The translations under genes were made by a program, and so were the position numbers. From UHGV virus genome UHGV-0054069: 64,000 bases of DNA; one strand, given 5' to 3'. This document shows positions 47,530-57,750 of this stretch, in pieces. The first letter of the stretch is position 1; each line of letters starts with the position of its first letter. The notes beneath the pieces were generated by a model, which saw nothing but the letters and a program-made list of their open reading frames with translations, was not told the DNA's origin and ran no database searches. The stretch comes from a virus.

Positions 47530-48075
47530 TTAGAAACGTCCTCTTACTTGTGGAACATAAATGTTGAATACAACGCTGTCATCTTTCGATGGTTTTGACT
47601 GTATTCTAGCAAAAGTTGACTCATCATACAAGTACTCAAAGAAACCCTTATAAGGCAGCTTCACAGTTGCTTCTTCAGTCACTTCACGGATATATGTTTG
47701 ACAAATTGCATCTGCATATGGTAAAGCTTTGATAAGAATACCTGCTCCACCAATTATACAAACATCTTGCTCAATACTACTATCCAGATGTTTTAAGAAT
47801 GCCCCAAAAGCGTCTGGGTGAACCTTAGCAAACATTACATCTTCTCTACCAAAATCTATACCTTCATACGGTAATGAGTTTGTCAGAACAAGATTATCAC
47901 GGTCTGGTAAAGGTTTACTTCCAAGACTCTTGAAAGTGTCATTACCCATAACTACCAATTGACCTGTAGTAATCTTCTTGAACTCTTGCATATCTTGCTT
48001 ATTACGAGGCCAAGGCATACCAGAGGGGCAACCAAACTCCCCGTTAAGACCGTTTGCAAAAACCAATTTAATCAT
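47530..48075 (-). CDS. folA: dihydrofolate reductase
   Basis: GMPWP..QLVVMG..T..S motifs typical of DHFR; adjacent to thyA. Confidence 0.8.
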   Translation of the reverse strand: MIKLVFANGLNGEFGCPSGMPWPRNKQDMQEFKKITTGQLVVMGNDTFKSLGSKPLPDRDNLVLTNSLPYEGIDFGREDVMFAKVHPDAFGAFLKHLDSSIEQDVCIIGGAGILIKALPYADAICQTYIREVTEEATVKLPYKGFFEYLYDESTFARIQSKPSKDDSVVFNIYVPQVRGRF

Positions 48076-48344
48076 TGTGTGAACCCTTTTACAATAAACC
48101 AGTTAGCAATATTCTTCACAGTTTTTACTGGATGGAATACTAAGCGTGGTTGTGGTTGATAACTGCCATAAGCCCAGAAAGAGATGATGTTGTCACAATC
48201 AGTGCAACGTGTGTACTCTTCTGCTACGTTCCCTGCCACAATCTCTGTAATCTCACCTTGGAAATTTGTACCCCCACAATGGGGGCATTTTAGAGGTTCA
48301 CCATCTTGGTTGTAGCATTGCTCAAACTTCTCAAAAAGTTTCAT
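48072..48344 (-). CDS. zinc-ribbon protein
   Basis: CPHCG..CTDCD Cys pairs. Confidence 0.5.
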   Translation of the reverse strand: MKLFEKFEQCYNQDGEPLKCPHCGGTNFQGEITEIVAGNVAEEYTRCTDCDNIISFWAYGSYQPQPRLVFHPVKTVKNIANWFIVKGFTQ

Positions 48345-48862
48345 TTTTTGTTTACCTTAAAAGTTTGCTGGATATCAACTACGAAGTCTAAATCATCACA
48401 CTCACTTGATAGGAAATCTTCAAAGTGTTTTGGTATAAAACTTAGGAAATCCATAGAACCCAAATCACCTACTAAGCGAATGTAATAATCGTTCTCGCAA
48501 GTTGCATTAACTACATGTCGGCCTATGTATGGCTTCACAACCTCTCTGATATCATCTATGAAGATGTTCAAAATAGCTTTGAAGGATTTAGGGTATTGAG
48601 TACCTTCATACAAGTCAATGCTGGCTTCAGTCTTTACAGAGATTGATTTAGCATCTCTGAACTCGGTTGAGAAAAGATGAGTGGGGAGAATACAAAGTGA
48701 ATCTCCAGTATCTTCATCGACCAACTCAATAGTCCCTGCATCATAGCTAGTTTCAATCAGTATTTCACCCTCTTGTGACTTTTTGGTTTCAAGGTGAGTG
48801 GTGATAATACCTCTCAACATTGATGCTTCTGGGAGCAGTAAGTTGATTCCAATCTTTTGCAT
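48341..48862 (-). CDS. hypothetical protein
   Basis: ORF. Confidence 0.5.
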   Translation of the reverse strand: MQKIGINLLLPEASMLRGIITTHLETKKSQEGEILIETSYDAGTIELVDEDTGDSLCILPTHLFSTEFRDAKSISVKTEASIDLYEGTQYPKSFKAILNIFIDDIREVVKPYIGRHVVNATCENDYYIRLVGDLGSMDFLSFIPKHFEDFLSSECDDLDFVVDIQQTFKVNKK

Positions 48863-48863
48863 G

Positions 48864-49367
48864 TCATACCTCTACAAATGTTTGCTTCACGTTATCGTAT
48901 GAGTAGAATTTTATACACTTTTGAGTATTCCAGTCAACCTTTTCTTTGTAAGAGATACCTTTTGAGATTCTCTTACCAAGAGTTTGATAGATGATATCTC
49001 GCAGCTTTCTGTACTCAGGTGCATCATCTAAAACTTTTGCATCTGTAGTTGCCTTGTAACCGTCTATGGAACGTTGATTCCAATCCTGCTGAGTTGGTGA
49101 CATTGGCTTGTAAAGCTGTGGTAGATGATTGTAAAGCATGTTACCTTCTTCTAAAGCAAGCTTCAGTTGGTGAAGGTACTCATTCAAACGACCATCCTCT
49201 TCAAGCCACTCATACAGAGACTGTAAAGCCCCTAGATTGTTGTTGTAATGGGCAGCACGTTTTACAGAACCCTTGTCAGTACGATAAGGTGACTTTGGAA
49301 GACTCAGTATCTGACCTTTCAAAACGTTGAATCCAAAGACCAAATCTATTTTCATGGGAAGAGACAT
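48864..49367 (-). CDS. hypothetical protein
   Basis: ORF. Confidence 0.5.
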   Translation of the reverse strand: MSLPMKIDLVFGFNVLKGQILSLPKSPYRTDKGSVKRAAHYNNNLGALQSLYEWLEEDGRLNEYLHQLKLALEEGNMLYNHLPQLYKPMSPTQQDWNQRSIDGYKATTDAKVLDDAPEYRKLRDIIYQTLGKRISKGISYKEKVDWNTQKCIKFYSYDNVKQTFVEV

Positions 49368-49717
49368 TTGATATCCTCATTTTTAAAAGTGAATGTTGTG
49401 TAGTTAGTACCATCAACATTTAACCAGATAGCTTTCACAGAAACACCATCAAGGTTGTTGTACAGTTCTTTAACAAACGTATTTCGAACATCATGAGCAC
49501 AGGTTGTCTCAAGTTTAATGTTAGAAATGGCTGAACCAATAGTCATGTAGCCAGCTACACGACTCTTCTCAGTATGCTTGATTCTTCCTTCTTGATACAT
49601 CTGCTTCAGGACTCCCAAGAGTTCTTCACCAAATGACTTCTCAGCACTCGTCGGTTTCCCGTAGAAACCAAGTGCAAAGTTGTCGTTGAAAATTGCATTC
49701 TTACGTTTCATAATCAA
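49352..49717 (-). CDS. hypothetical protein
   Basis: ORF. Confidence 0.5.
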   Translation of the reverse strand: MIMKRKNAIFNDNFALGFYGKPTSAEKSFGEELLGVLKQMYQEGRIKHTEKSRVAGYMTIGSAISNIKLETTCAHDVRNTFVKELYNNLDGVSVKAIWLNVDGTNYTTFTFKNEDIKCLFP

Positions 49718-50013
49718 TCTGCCTTACTTAAGTTGAAGTTTAAACCAAGTTTATCACAAACACTAATCATGTAGTCAAGAGAAACTTTACCGCTACCGTT
49801 TAAGATGTTTGAAACTCTTGCTTGAGAAATCTCACAAATCTTTGCTACCTGAACTTGTGATAGATTGTTTCTTTTCATGTGAATGTGTAGTTTCTCAGAG
49901 ATATAGAACTTCATCTCATCCACATCCATTCCAGCTATGTATGCTTCCATTTCAGACTCTCTATCAGCTTCCCAATCATCTTGGGGTGCATAAGGGTCGA
50001 AGACTTTATTCAT
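49714..50013 (-). CDS. helix-turn-helix DNA-binding protein (XRE/Cro-like)
   Basis: LSQVQVAKICEISQARVSNILNG helix-turn-helix signature. Confidence 0.6.
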   Translation of the reverse strand: MNKVFDPYAPQDDWEADRESEMEAYIAGMDVDEMKFYISEKLHIHMKRNNLSQVQVAKICEISQARVSNILNGSGKVSLDYMISVCDKLGLNFNLSKAD

Positions 50014-50209
50014 CCTTCTTCCTCCGTTTACGCGAAGTGTCTATTAAGGAATCTATACTGGTTGCTCTTACATTCTCACGAGTCCCGTTGACGAAGTGGT
50101 CTAGAGCCTCTACAACTGTATTAAAATCCTTAGCCCAAACTCTGTAAATAACTACTCCATCGTCGTCAACAACTTCACCATAGTCGATTCTACAGATGTT
50201 CTTTTTCAT
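50006..50209 (-). CDS. hypothetical small protein
   Basis: ORF. Confidence 0.45.
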   Translation of the reverse strand: MKKNICRIDYGEVVDDDGVVIYRVWAKDFNTVVEALDHFVNGTRENVRATSIDSLIDTSRKRRKKDE

Positions 50210-50586
50210 TGTGGCAGACCCATGCAGTGACGGTTGATGATAAAGTACTCAAACCCATCTAAAACAGACTGTGTAACACGTTCTTCTACAGCTTTAGTTT
50301 CAGAAATCTGTTCAGAACTTAGCACATCAATATTCTCAGAAACCATCATATCAGCCACATCGTTGTAGTAACCACCCATAGTGTGGTAGATGAGGTCAGT
50401 TGTACGGTCTGTCATTTCCTGAAAAGTTTCTTGAGTGATTGGTTTAGTTAACTCTCCAGACTTAGAAACAATCTTTTGAGAAAGCTCACAAGACTCCAGT
50501 TTAACTTTACCGTAGTCCACATTTGGCATTACTGCATAAGCATTGAAGCTTAGTGCTGCAAAGAGACATAGTGCAATCTTTTTCAT
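50206..50586 (-). CDS. secreted protein with signal peptide
   Basis: start set at MKKIALCLFAALSFNAYA (GGAGG RBS); cleavable signal-like N-terminus. Confidence 0.5.
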   Translation of the reverse strand: MKKIALCLFAALSFNAYAVMPNVDYGKVKLESCELSQKIVSKSGELTKPITQETFQEMTDRTTDLIYHTMGGYYNDVADMMVSENIDVLSSEQISETKAVEERVTQSVLDGFEYFIINRHCMGLPQ

Positions 50587-50743
50587 AATTACCTCCAAAC
50601 TAACTAGTGGGTTCCTATATAATATCTTGTATATTGCTAGTATACCCACTAAGAATCTCATGTCAACAACTTTCTACATGTATAACCAAGAGAAAAATAA
50701 GATACCGATAATCACTACTGCAATTGCAATCCCCATAGTGTAA

Positions 50744-51844
50744 TCACTCATAATCTCTAATAACAAGCCCAACAGGGAACTGTAAAGACCCCTTACGAGT
50801 CATCTTCTGGAACTGAACCGTCAGAGGTTTACCGATAAACTCTTCAGGATGTTCAGCAAGATACTTCTTCTTCTCATGGGTAGTTTTCCATGAAACATCT
50901 ACAAAGATGTTAGGAAGAGTCTCTACAACGAACTTACCATGCCCCCGCTTATCAGTCTTCACACCAGTAACTTTAAACTCCTCTGTGTGCATCTTCTTGT
51001 GTTTAATCAGGAAGTATGAACGGTGACCACACTCATAGAAGGATTCTGGGGAGATTGAACGGTACATTGCCCCTTCAAACTTCAGCTTAACCCAATTATC
51101 ATGTGCTTTGTCGAACTCTTCCCAAGAATTAACACGGATAGTCTGTACAGGAACAACCCTGCAAGCTTCACCAAGTTCAACAAGAGGTGAATTGTCAATA
51201 ACTTCACGACGCTCAGGCCAAGACTTGGTATTATCACAGATATCATACCAGTAGAACTTAAGAAGGTGACGGTCTGGATTGTCAGTATTCTTAATCATGG
51301 ATACAATATCCTCTAAGTCCCAACCATGAGCGTAAATCTCACCATCAAAATCTTCAACTTGTGGGTGACACTTCAGCATTAGTAACAAATCTGGGATTAG
51401 CTCTGCTGGTACATTATAAACAGTGTTTTCACGAGAATAAGCCGTGAAGCTTACTGTATCAACATCTCTTGAAATCCTGCAACGAACACCATCAAGTTTA
51501 GGTTGAGCGTCAGCAGGGAAATTCAGGTATTTTGCGTGACTAATCTTTACAGCATCGTGAGCAAGCTGTACACCAACCTTTTCAACGTTCTCTGCTTCAG
51601 ACTTTGTGTAAGCATAACCTTTACGGTCTACTTGCTTCTTGTACTTTGCAGAAACTTCAAAGAGAGCTTGCTGTTCAGCGTTACGCTCATTCTTTTTACC
51701 GATGTTCTTCGGTTCTGCTGTGTACTCTTCAAACATCATTTTGCCGTTCTCTTTACCGTAAGTGGTAACCACCTTGTCACCTACAGCAACACACGACCAA
51801 ACGTTAAAGGAACCATCTTTGTTTTGTTTGTACAGAATTGTCAT
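50744..51844 (-). CDS. lig: ATP-dependent DNA ligase
   Basis: motif I PKLDGVR (KxDGxR). Confidence 0.8.
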   Translation of the reverse strand: MTILYKQNKDGSFNVWSCVAVGDKVVTTYGKENGKMMFEEYTAEPKNIGKKNERNAEQQALFEVSAKYKKQVDRKGYAYTKSEAENVEKVGVQLAHDAVKISHAKYLNFPADAQPKLDGVRCRISRDVDTVSFTAYSRENTVYNVPAELIPDLLLMLKCHPQVEDFDGEIYAHGWDLEDIVSMIKNTDNPDRHLLKFYWYDICDNTKSWPERREVIDNSPLVELGEACRVVPVQTIRVNSWEEFDKAHDNWVKLKFEGAMYRSISPESFYECGHRSYFLIKHKKMHTEEFKVTGVKTDKRGHGKFVVETLPNIFVDVSWKTTHEKKKYLAEHPEEFIGKPLTVQFQKMTRKGSLQFPVGLVIRDYE

Positions 51845-52379
51845 TTGTCTTTCTCTCCCACACCTTTTTTAATTTTTCAACAGAAACAATGTTTCCAGAT
51901 TGAGTCATCGCATTTCCAGACAAAGAGAAGAAACTCTCTGGGAATGGTAATTCTAACTTAGAATAAAAATCATAGTAAGAACCACCTGACTCTCTGTATG
52001 CAATCTTCAGACTACCATTATGTCTATACGAAAATAAGACAAGAGAACCGTCTGGGTATTTTAAGCATTTTCCAAATTGTTTCTTGTACAAGTAGTCAGC
52101 AAAATCAATGTATAAATCCTTTAAATACTCAGAGACATTCTCAACTTGTCTTACACCGAGATTTTTGCAAATATGTTCGTATTTTAGATAATCAAACCTA
52201 TATGGTGTTGCTCCAGTTTCATGTAAGAATTTTAGTACAGCGAGTTTTACAGGTTGATACATTAATGGGTTTGAGTATTGCCTTTTCTTCTCTTGATACC
52301 AAGGTATTGAGTAGCTTTGATAGGCCATTCTCAGGTTACTGTAAGACTCTCTAAATCTATCCTCTTCACTCATTTTCAT
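51804..52379 (-). CDS. hypothetical protein
   Basis: ORF. Confidence 0.5.
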   Translation of the reverse strand: MKMSEEDRFRESYSNLRMAYQSYSIPWYQEKKRQYSNPLMYQPVKLAVLKFLHETGATPYRFDYLKYEHICKNLGVRQVENVSEYLKDLYIDFADYLYKKQFGKCLKYPDGSLVLFSYRHNGSLKIAYRESGGSYYDFYSKLELPFPESFFSLSGNAMTQSGNIVSVEKLKKVWERKTNDNSVQTKQRWFL

Positions 52380-52578
52380 TACCCTTTTAAGTAAACGCGT
52401 ACAACTTGTTTGTCGTTGTCAGTCTCAAACTTATGTGTGACTCTTTCGACTTCATAGCACCACCCATCAACCTCAACAGTCTCCTCCCTTTCGTGGGATA
52501 ACTGGATTACGTTGTGCTACGGTCTCATTTTGAAGGATGATTATGTGGTTGTGAATGAAATTTACCAGTACTCTTATT

Positions 52579-52824
52579 TCAATACCCTTCATCAATAACT
52601 GTTACACTTTGAGTGCTACTTCTACCAACTTTAGAGGTAGTTGTAGTTTGTGAATTTGGACAACGAACAACTACCAAGTCTCTATTAATCATGGAACCAT
52701 TCAGACGATAGATTGAGCAATCCTTCATCTCTGGAGGAAGTGTGTAACTCCCTTCTTTGTTATCGTAGCTTGGGTTACAGCCAGTTATAAAGAGCACTCC
52801 AAGTGCAATGATTGTTTTCCACAT
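52579..52824 (-). CDS. small lipoprotein
   Basis: lipobox LFITGC at N-terminus (MWKTIIALGVLFITGC). Confidence 0.55.
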   Translation of the reverse strand: MWKTIIALGVLFITGCNPSYDNKEGSYTLPPEMKDCSIYRLNGSMINRDLVVVRCPNSQTTTTSKVGRSSTQSVTVIDEGY

Positions 52825-53084
52825 AGTTGTTTTCCTTTTTCACAGTTTTCTTCGTAACCTTCTTGGACGGTCTTGTAAAGTTCATTGAAAGTTTCTTCTT
52901 TCACTGGCTTTACAGATTTTGTTTTACATAAGTCCAAGTACCATTGATAATCTAATCCACGACACCACGCTTCAGACACAAAAGAAATCTGAGGGTTTAT
53001 GTGTCGGATTATTGATAAACCAGCCTCTTCTTTACTGCTCATTTTGATTTCTCCAAAACTCAATGTCAATAAGTTCCTGTGCAA
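52785..53084 (-). CDS. hypothetical protein
   Basis: ORF. Confidence 0.4.
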   Translation of the reverse strand: MHRNLLTLSFGEIKMSSKEEAGLSIIRHINPQISFVSEAWCRGLDYQWYLDLCKTKSVKPVKEETFNELYKTVQEGYEENCEKGKQLCGKQSLHLECSL

Positions 53085-53247
53085 TGCTTCTCATGTTACC
53101 TTTCAAGAAAACCTTTTCAGAGTTAGGTAGGCTTGCATTATCAATGAGTCTATTCATTCTGTCAAAAAGAGTTTTCTTCCGATTCTTGATAGTCTCTTTT
53201 GAAGCCCCTTGCATCATGGCGAGATGGGTTCTTCCACGGTGACTCAT
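53032..53247 (-). CDS. hypothetical protein
   Basis: ORF. Confidence 0.4.
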   Translation of the reverse strand: MSHRGRTHLAMMQGASKETIKNRKKTLFDRMNRLIDNASLPNSEKVFLKGNMRSIAQELIDIEFWRNQNEQ

Positions 53248-53444
53248 AGATGCTCCCCTTTAAGGTAACCTGTTTTATCCTTGATAATCTTGCCTCCAGC
53301 AATAAAAATATCAACCTTGTAAAGATTTTCATTAGAAATCTTGAGGTGTTTATGGCTACTACAAATAATGATGCACATGGACTCAATCTCACTTTGCGAG
53401 TATCCAGCACATTGCAGTTGAACTTCAATTTCTGAAATAGTCAT
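53244..53444 (-). CDS. hypothetical protein
   Basis: ORF. Confidence 0.4.
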   Translation of the reverse strand: MTISEIEVQLQCAGYSQSEIESMCIIICSSHKHLKISNENLYKVDIFIAGGKIIKDKTGYLKGEHL

Positions 53445-53505
53445 ATAAGTCTCCTATACAATATATAGTATATGGTACTCTTCCATGAGCACCTTGTCAA
53501 CACTA

Positions 53506-56205
53506 TTAGTGGACTTCAAGCCACGATTTACCAACCTTACCAGTACCCGTTACCAAAGTATCCTTCTTCAGTCCCAAGTTTTTAGAAGCTTGACCATAAT
53601 ACCAGTCAGTTACTGCCTTAACTTCTGCTGTCATGCTTTCTGGACATTCCCAGCTTGTTTCGTCGTGGTAAGCACAAAGTAAACGAGCACCGATAGCTGG
53701 CTTACGACCATTTAGTTTCATCAAACCTTCATCAATCATACGACGACAAGCAAGGTTTATTGCTTCATTCTGAACTTGTGCTTCTGAACCCATCAACAGA
53801 TAGTTCAAGAGTTTGTGTGGAGATTTACACCACAACCACGCCCCAGCAACCTGAACAAATCCACCTTTAGCAATTGCAGCAGTTTTACCAAAGACCTCTT
53901 CAAGAGCTTTCTTAGTTGCTTTAAAGTCAGCTTCTAAGTTATCAATCAGTTTCTTAATCTTCGGCAAACGAACAAAGTAAGTCTGCTTAGTCAATGCACC
54001 TTCTTGAGTAGTTGAAGCTTTGATGGTCTTAGCAAACTTCTCATCACCCGCACCGAACAGCAGTGCATAGATACCGTTTTTAGCTTTTTTACGACCCTTA
54101 CTAATCTCGTGAAGAAGATTCTCATCCTGAGTCATACGACAAGTCAAGATATCCTGCTCATCATTCAAGCTGAAGTAAATACTGTTCAGTGTGTGAGCAT
54201 CAGTGCCTGAATAGACTACGTACAAGTCGTTTTCAGAGTCATAACGCAGATACTTGTCAACTTCTGGGTTAAGGTATTCGTCGAAGTGTTTGCAGTAATA
54301 ACGACCATCTTCTTGACGAATAAACTCAATTTCTTCCTTACCTTCTGTTACTGCTTTGGTGAACTCTTTATCACCCATAAAGTTACACAGTAACACAAGC
54401 TGTGCAGAGTTCATATCAACGGATACTACGTTGGTTCCTTCTTCACAAATCCAGACTGCCCTCATTGGTTCCCCGTAAACAGCAGCCCCAGAAGGTACGT
54501 TCACAATACCATACTGTGTCATACGACCAGTTGAAGTACCAAACACCATTGCACCAGCACTCAAGCGACCATCTGGACGAATCTGGTTTAACCAACCTTT
54601 CTCGTCATCTTTTGAGTTCTCAATAGTTCTACGTCGGTGCATCAAAGTATAGTACTTCGCAATCTTTTGTCCAAGTTCACCTTCAATGGTGTCATAAGAA
54701 GATTCAGTAAGTTTAGGTGAAGTACGAATCAAGCAAGGCTCAAGCAAATCTGTGTACTTCCTAACAGACCAGTTATGCTCAATGTAATGAACCCCTTCAT
54801 GCTCAATGTAGTTCAATCCACAACGTTCAACCATCTCATCCCACTTAGGATGTTTACGAATCATCTTCTTATTATCTTTGAAGCGACATACCTTGATTGG
54901 ACGGTTATCAGAATCCTTTTTGTAGTTCCAATCATCAGGAATCCAGCCAACAGATTTCAAGTATTCCTTCACCACTGCAACCTGAGTCATACGTGAAACT
55001 TCAAACTCAATTGGTGTATAAGGTGCATCAACAAGACCTGTGTAACGGCTTGACTCCATTTCAAAGTGATTTACTACGTGGTTATTGTAGTACTTCACAG
55101 TTTTAACTGTCTTAACTGGCTTCCAATCCTTACACTTCTTGCCAGCCTTAGCATTCAACTCATTGCAGATTGCACGAGCATCTTTCATTGCTACAAAACC
55201 TTCCCTGTACTCTTCACCAGTGACAGTGTTAGTTGGAGTGTAGCAATTACGTTTCTCAATGTTGAAAATCTTTGTAGTTGGTTTCCCATATGGCTTGATA
55301 GGGTACGTCTTCAGTTCCCCTTCACGCATCTGCTCACGATACTTTGTCTTTGGATACTTTGTGATACGTTTCAAACCATCTACATGACCAAATGTTTCAA
55401 CATACTCATTCCATGCCTTGGCAAACTCTTCACCAGTTACTTTACCTTTCGTCTTAATAGTCGGAGGTAAGAACGGTTCAACTTCAGAGGCTAACTCAGA
55501 AGTCATCTTATCCAGTTCTTCTACACAGGACTTCATAAGGTCAATGTTAGCTTTCCAACCATTAATAGCTTGTTGACTCATCCAGAAAGAAGTCTCTTTA
55601 GCTCGCATGTAGGTTTCGTAAGTATCTACACCACACTTCTTAAGCTTAAGGTATTCATTATCCATAGCACGTTTTGCTTTGGCGTTGATTCGAATATCCT
55701 CAACAACACGGTTAAGAATATCAGCGTTCCACACACCCCACTCTTCAATCTCTGGTTTACGAACACCAACACGAGCACCCCATGCAGCCAAGCCATGAGC
55801 ACCTTTGTAACCTTTTGGTGTAGGTCTATCCATCCACTGCACACGAGATTGTATAAGTGAATCCTGAAAGAAGTCACTCCAAGGTTTACACTTAGGATTA
55901 TCAAAGTTCCACAGGTCAGGTGCAATATGGTTGAACACCCACCAGTCATAACCAAGACCATTGTGGATACAAAGGCGTTTGGCTTTCAATGCAAACTCCA
56001 CACCTTCACGCAAACCACCTTTGATGTATTTTGTATACTTGTGACCAAGGATAGGCTCATCAGTGAAAACCCACACAGCAGGTTCATCACTATCATCTTT
56101 GTAATCTGCGAATGCCATAACGTGAGCTTTTGTAAACTCAAGCAGCAACCCGTCAGTTTCTGTATCACCAACCAAATGTAAGTTTTCAAAATCTACATTG
56201 TTCAT
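53506..56205 (-). CDS. DNA polymerase, family A (T7 gp5-like) with 3'-5' exonuclease domain
   Basis: Exo I DTETDGL; polymerase motifs YALLFGAGDEKF and AYHDE. Confidence 0.9.
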   Translation of the reverse strand: MNNVDFENLHLVGDTETDGLLLEFTKAHVMAFADYKDDSDEPAVWVFTDEPILGHKYTKYIKGGLREGVEFALKAKRLCIHNGLGYDWWVFNHIAPDLWNFDNPKCKPWSDFFQDSLIQSRVQWMDRPTPKGYKGAHGLAAWGARVGVRKPEIEEWGVWNADILNRVVEDIRINAKAKRAMDNEYLKLKKCGVDTYETYMRAKETSFWMSQQAINGWKANIDLMKSCVEELDKMTSELASEVEPFLPPTIKTKGKVTGEEFAKAWNEYVETFGHVDGLKRITKYPKTKYREQMREGELKTYPIKPYGKPTTKIFNIEKRNCYTPTNTVTGEEYREGFVAMKDARAICNELNAKAGKKCKDWKPVKTVKTVKYYNNHVVNHFEMESSRYTGLVDAPYTPIEFEVSRMTQVAVVKEYLKSVGWIPDDWNYKKDSDNRPIKVCRFKDNKKMIRKHPKWDEMVERCGLNYIEHEGVHYIEHNWSVRKYTDLLEPCLIRTSPKLTESSYDTIEGELGQKIAKYYTLMHRRRTIENSKDDEKGWLNQIRPDGRLSAGAMVFGTSTGRMTQYGIVNVPSGAAVYGEPMRAVWICEEGTNVVSVDMNSAQLVLLCNFMGDKEFTKAVTEGKEEIEFIRQEDGRYYCKHFDEYLNPEVDKYLRYDSENDLYVVYSGTDAHTLNSIYFSLNDEQDILTCRMTQDENLLHEISKGRKKAKNGIYALLFGAGDEKFAKTIKASTTQEGALTKQTYFVRLPKIKKLIDNLEADFKATKKALEEVFGKTAAIAKGGFVQVAGAWLWCKSPHKLLNYLLMGSEAQVQNEAINLACRRMIDEGLMKLNGRKPAIGARLLCAYHDETSWECPESMTAEVKAVTDWYYGQASKNLGLKKDTLVTGTGKVGKSWLEVH

Positions 56206-56266
56206 TTTAACTCCCTCTCAAATCATACTGCTTAACACCCTACTCCAATTTTTATGAAAAAGCAAG

Positions 56267-56295
56267 TTGACAAAGCACTTGACAAGGTGTTAATC
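56267..56295 (+). promoter_or_regulatory. candidate promoter with tandem TTGACA boxes
   Basis: TTGACA at 56267 and 56279; weak -10. Confidence 0.35.
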
Positions 56296-56464
56296 TTTGC
56301 GGAGTGGGTTTTATCTTAATAGACTCTCTTTACAGGTTAACTATACAGATTCTTTAAAACCCTTAAAAGATTTTTAATAGCCTTTTAAAAGCTTTAAAGT
56401 TATACGTATAGAATACGTAAAGATAAGAGATTAAAATCTTTATAGAAACTTAGTAGAGGCAATT

Positions 56465-56887
56465 ATGCAGAGGATGTACATTCACCCAGATATACAAAAC
56501 TTCATTGATGCTTTAGAGAAACTTGAAAGGCTTGACTTAGAAGCACAGAAGGAATATGCTTTCCATCATCGACGTATGGTTGATGTGCAGCATGAGATAG
56601 AGTTGTCAGAAGGGTACGACGATAAGATGAAGTGTTCAGTCTTTGAGCACATGAAAGAGATATCTTCAGAAAGACGTAAAGCAAAAGATACTATCTTTTT
56701 GATAGATACCTTAAAAAATAAGTTGCAAAATGGAACGGATTTAGATAGTCTATCACAACTGCTTCAGGATGCAGAGAATACATGGGACAGGAATTACTTC
56801 CCAAGGTCTGAAAAAGGACTTGACTTCTCTTCACAAGAAAGCTTAAGATTATCACGACTAACTATTAACAAAATGAGAGAGAATTAA
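56465..56887 (+). CDS. hypothetical protein
   Basis: ORF, AGAGG RBS. Confidence 0.55.
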   Translation: MQRMYIHPDIQNFIDALEKLERLDLEAQKEYAFHHRRMVDVQHEIELSEGYDDKMKCSVFEHMKEISSERRKAKDTIFLIDTLKNKLQNGTDLDSLSQLLQDAENTWDRNYFPRSEKGLDFSSQESLRLSRLTINKMREN

Positions 56888-56888
56888 T

Positions 56889-57692
56889 ATGACTACTGTA
56901 AATGAAATGCTGTCCTCAAAAGGTATTGATAGTAACTTTATGCTCAATACAATTGAAAGTCTTGCTATTGTAATGCGTAGCAACACATTCAGTTCCAAGG
57001 TAATGCCTGAATCATATCAGGTTAATGGAGATATCTCTGATGAGTCAGCGTTTCGCTCACAAGTTAAACTCCTTCTAAGTGACCGTAAACTCGCTCTGGC
57101 ATCTGTAGCGGTTGGTGTAGATGCCTTTGCTGGTTATATCTTTGATAACATGCAGACTGGTGACTTTAAAGTTCTTTCTGAGGAAGAGAAAGAAGGAATC
57201 CTTAACTTCTCTGAAGATGCTACCTTTGAGCTGATTATCAACTCAATTGCAAGTGTTATGGCTGTTCTTGAGAAGCGTGTTCAAGATAAACTTCCACGCT
57301 ATGAACAACTTGATTGGGGATTCGTAGATATCTTTGAACGAGTGCAGGAGATGGTGACCCTTACTAGTGAGCAACTTAAAGAGGTTGTTGAGCGTGAAGC
57401 TGAACATGGCATTGATGAGATTCAGGTTAAACTTACTGCATTGGTTCCATCAATCATCACTGTAATGGGTATCCACGCTCTGTTTGAAGTCGCTCAACTG
57501 ATTGATGCACCTATTGAGTTTGTTGAACAGATTGCTGGTGATGTAAGTGGTGAAGCACTACGTGAAGTCATTATGCAGACTGGTGCAGCAGTACTCCAAG
57601 AGAAAATTGCTATCCACTTCGGTGATGAGTTTGTTGAGACTCTTCAGGCTATCTCTGAAAAAGAAAAACTGGACTCTAACCAGATTCACTAA
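56889..57692 (+). CDS. hypothetical protein
   Basis: ORF, coupled. Confidence 0.55.
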   Translation: MTTVNEMLSSKGIDSNFMLNTIESLAIVMRSNTFSSKVMPESYQVNGDISDESAFRSQVKLLLSDRKLALASVAVGVDAFAGYIFDNMQTGDFKVLSEEEKEGILNFSEDATFELIINSIASVMAVLEKRVQDKLPRYEQLDWGFVDIFERVQEMVTLTSEQLKEVVEREAEHGIDEIQVKLTALVPSIITVMGIHALFEVAQLIDAPIEFVEQIAGDVSGEALREVIMQTGAAVLQEKIAIHFGDEFVETLQAISEKEKLDSNQIH

Positions 57693-57750
57693 TACAATTG
57701 TTTCCCCAAAGCCTCCTTAATTGGGGGCTTTTTATTATGAGAGGTATATT

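Noticed and set aside
54402-56181. Several 60-135-aa plus-strand ORFs inside the DNA polymerase gene
   Set aside because: Antisense to an 899-aa gene with clear polymerase motifs.
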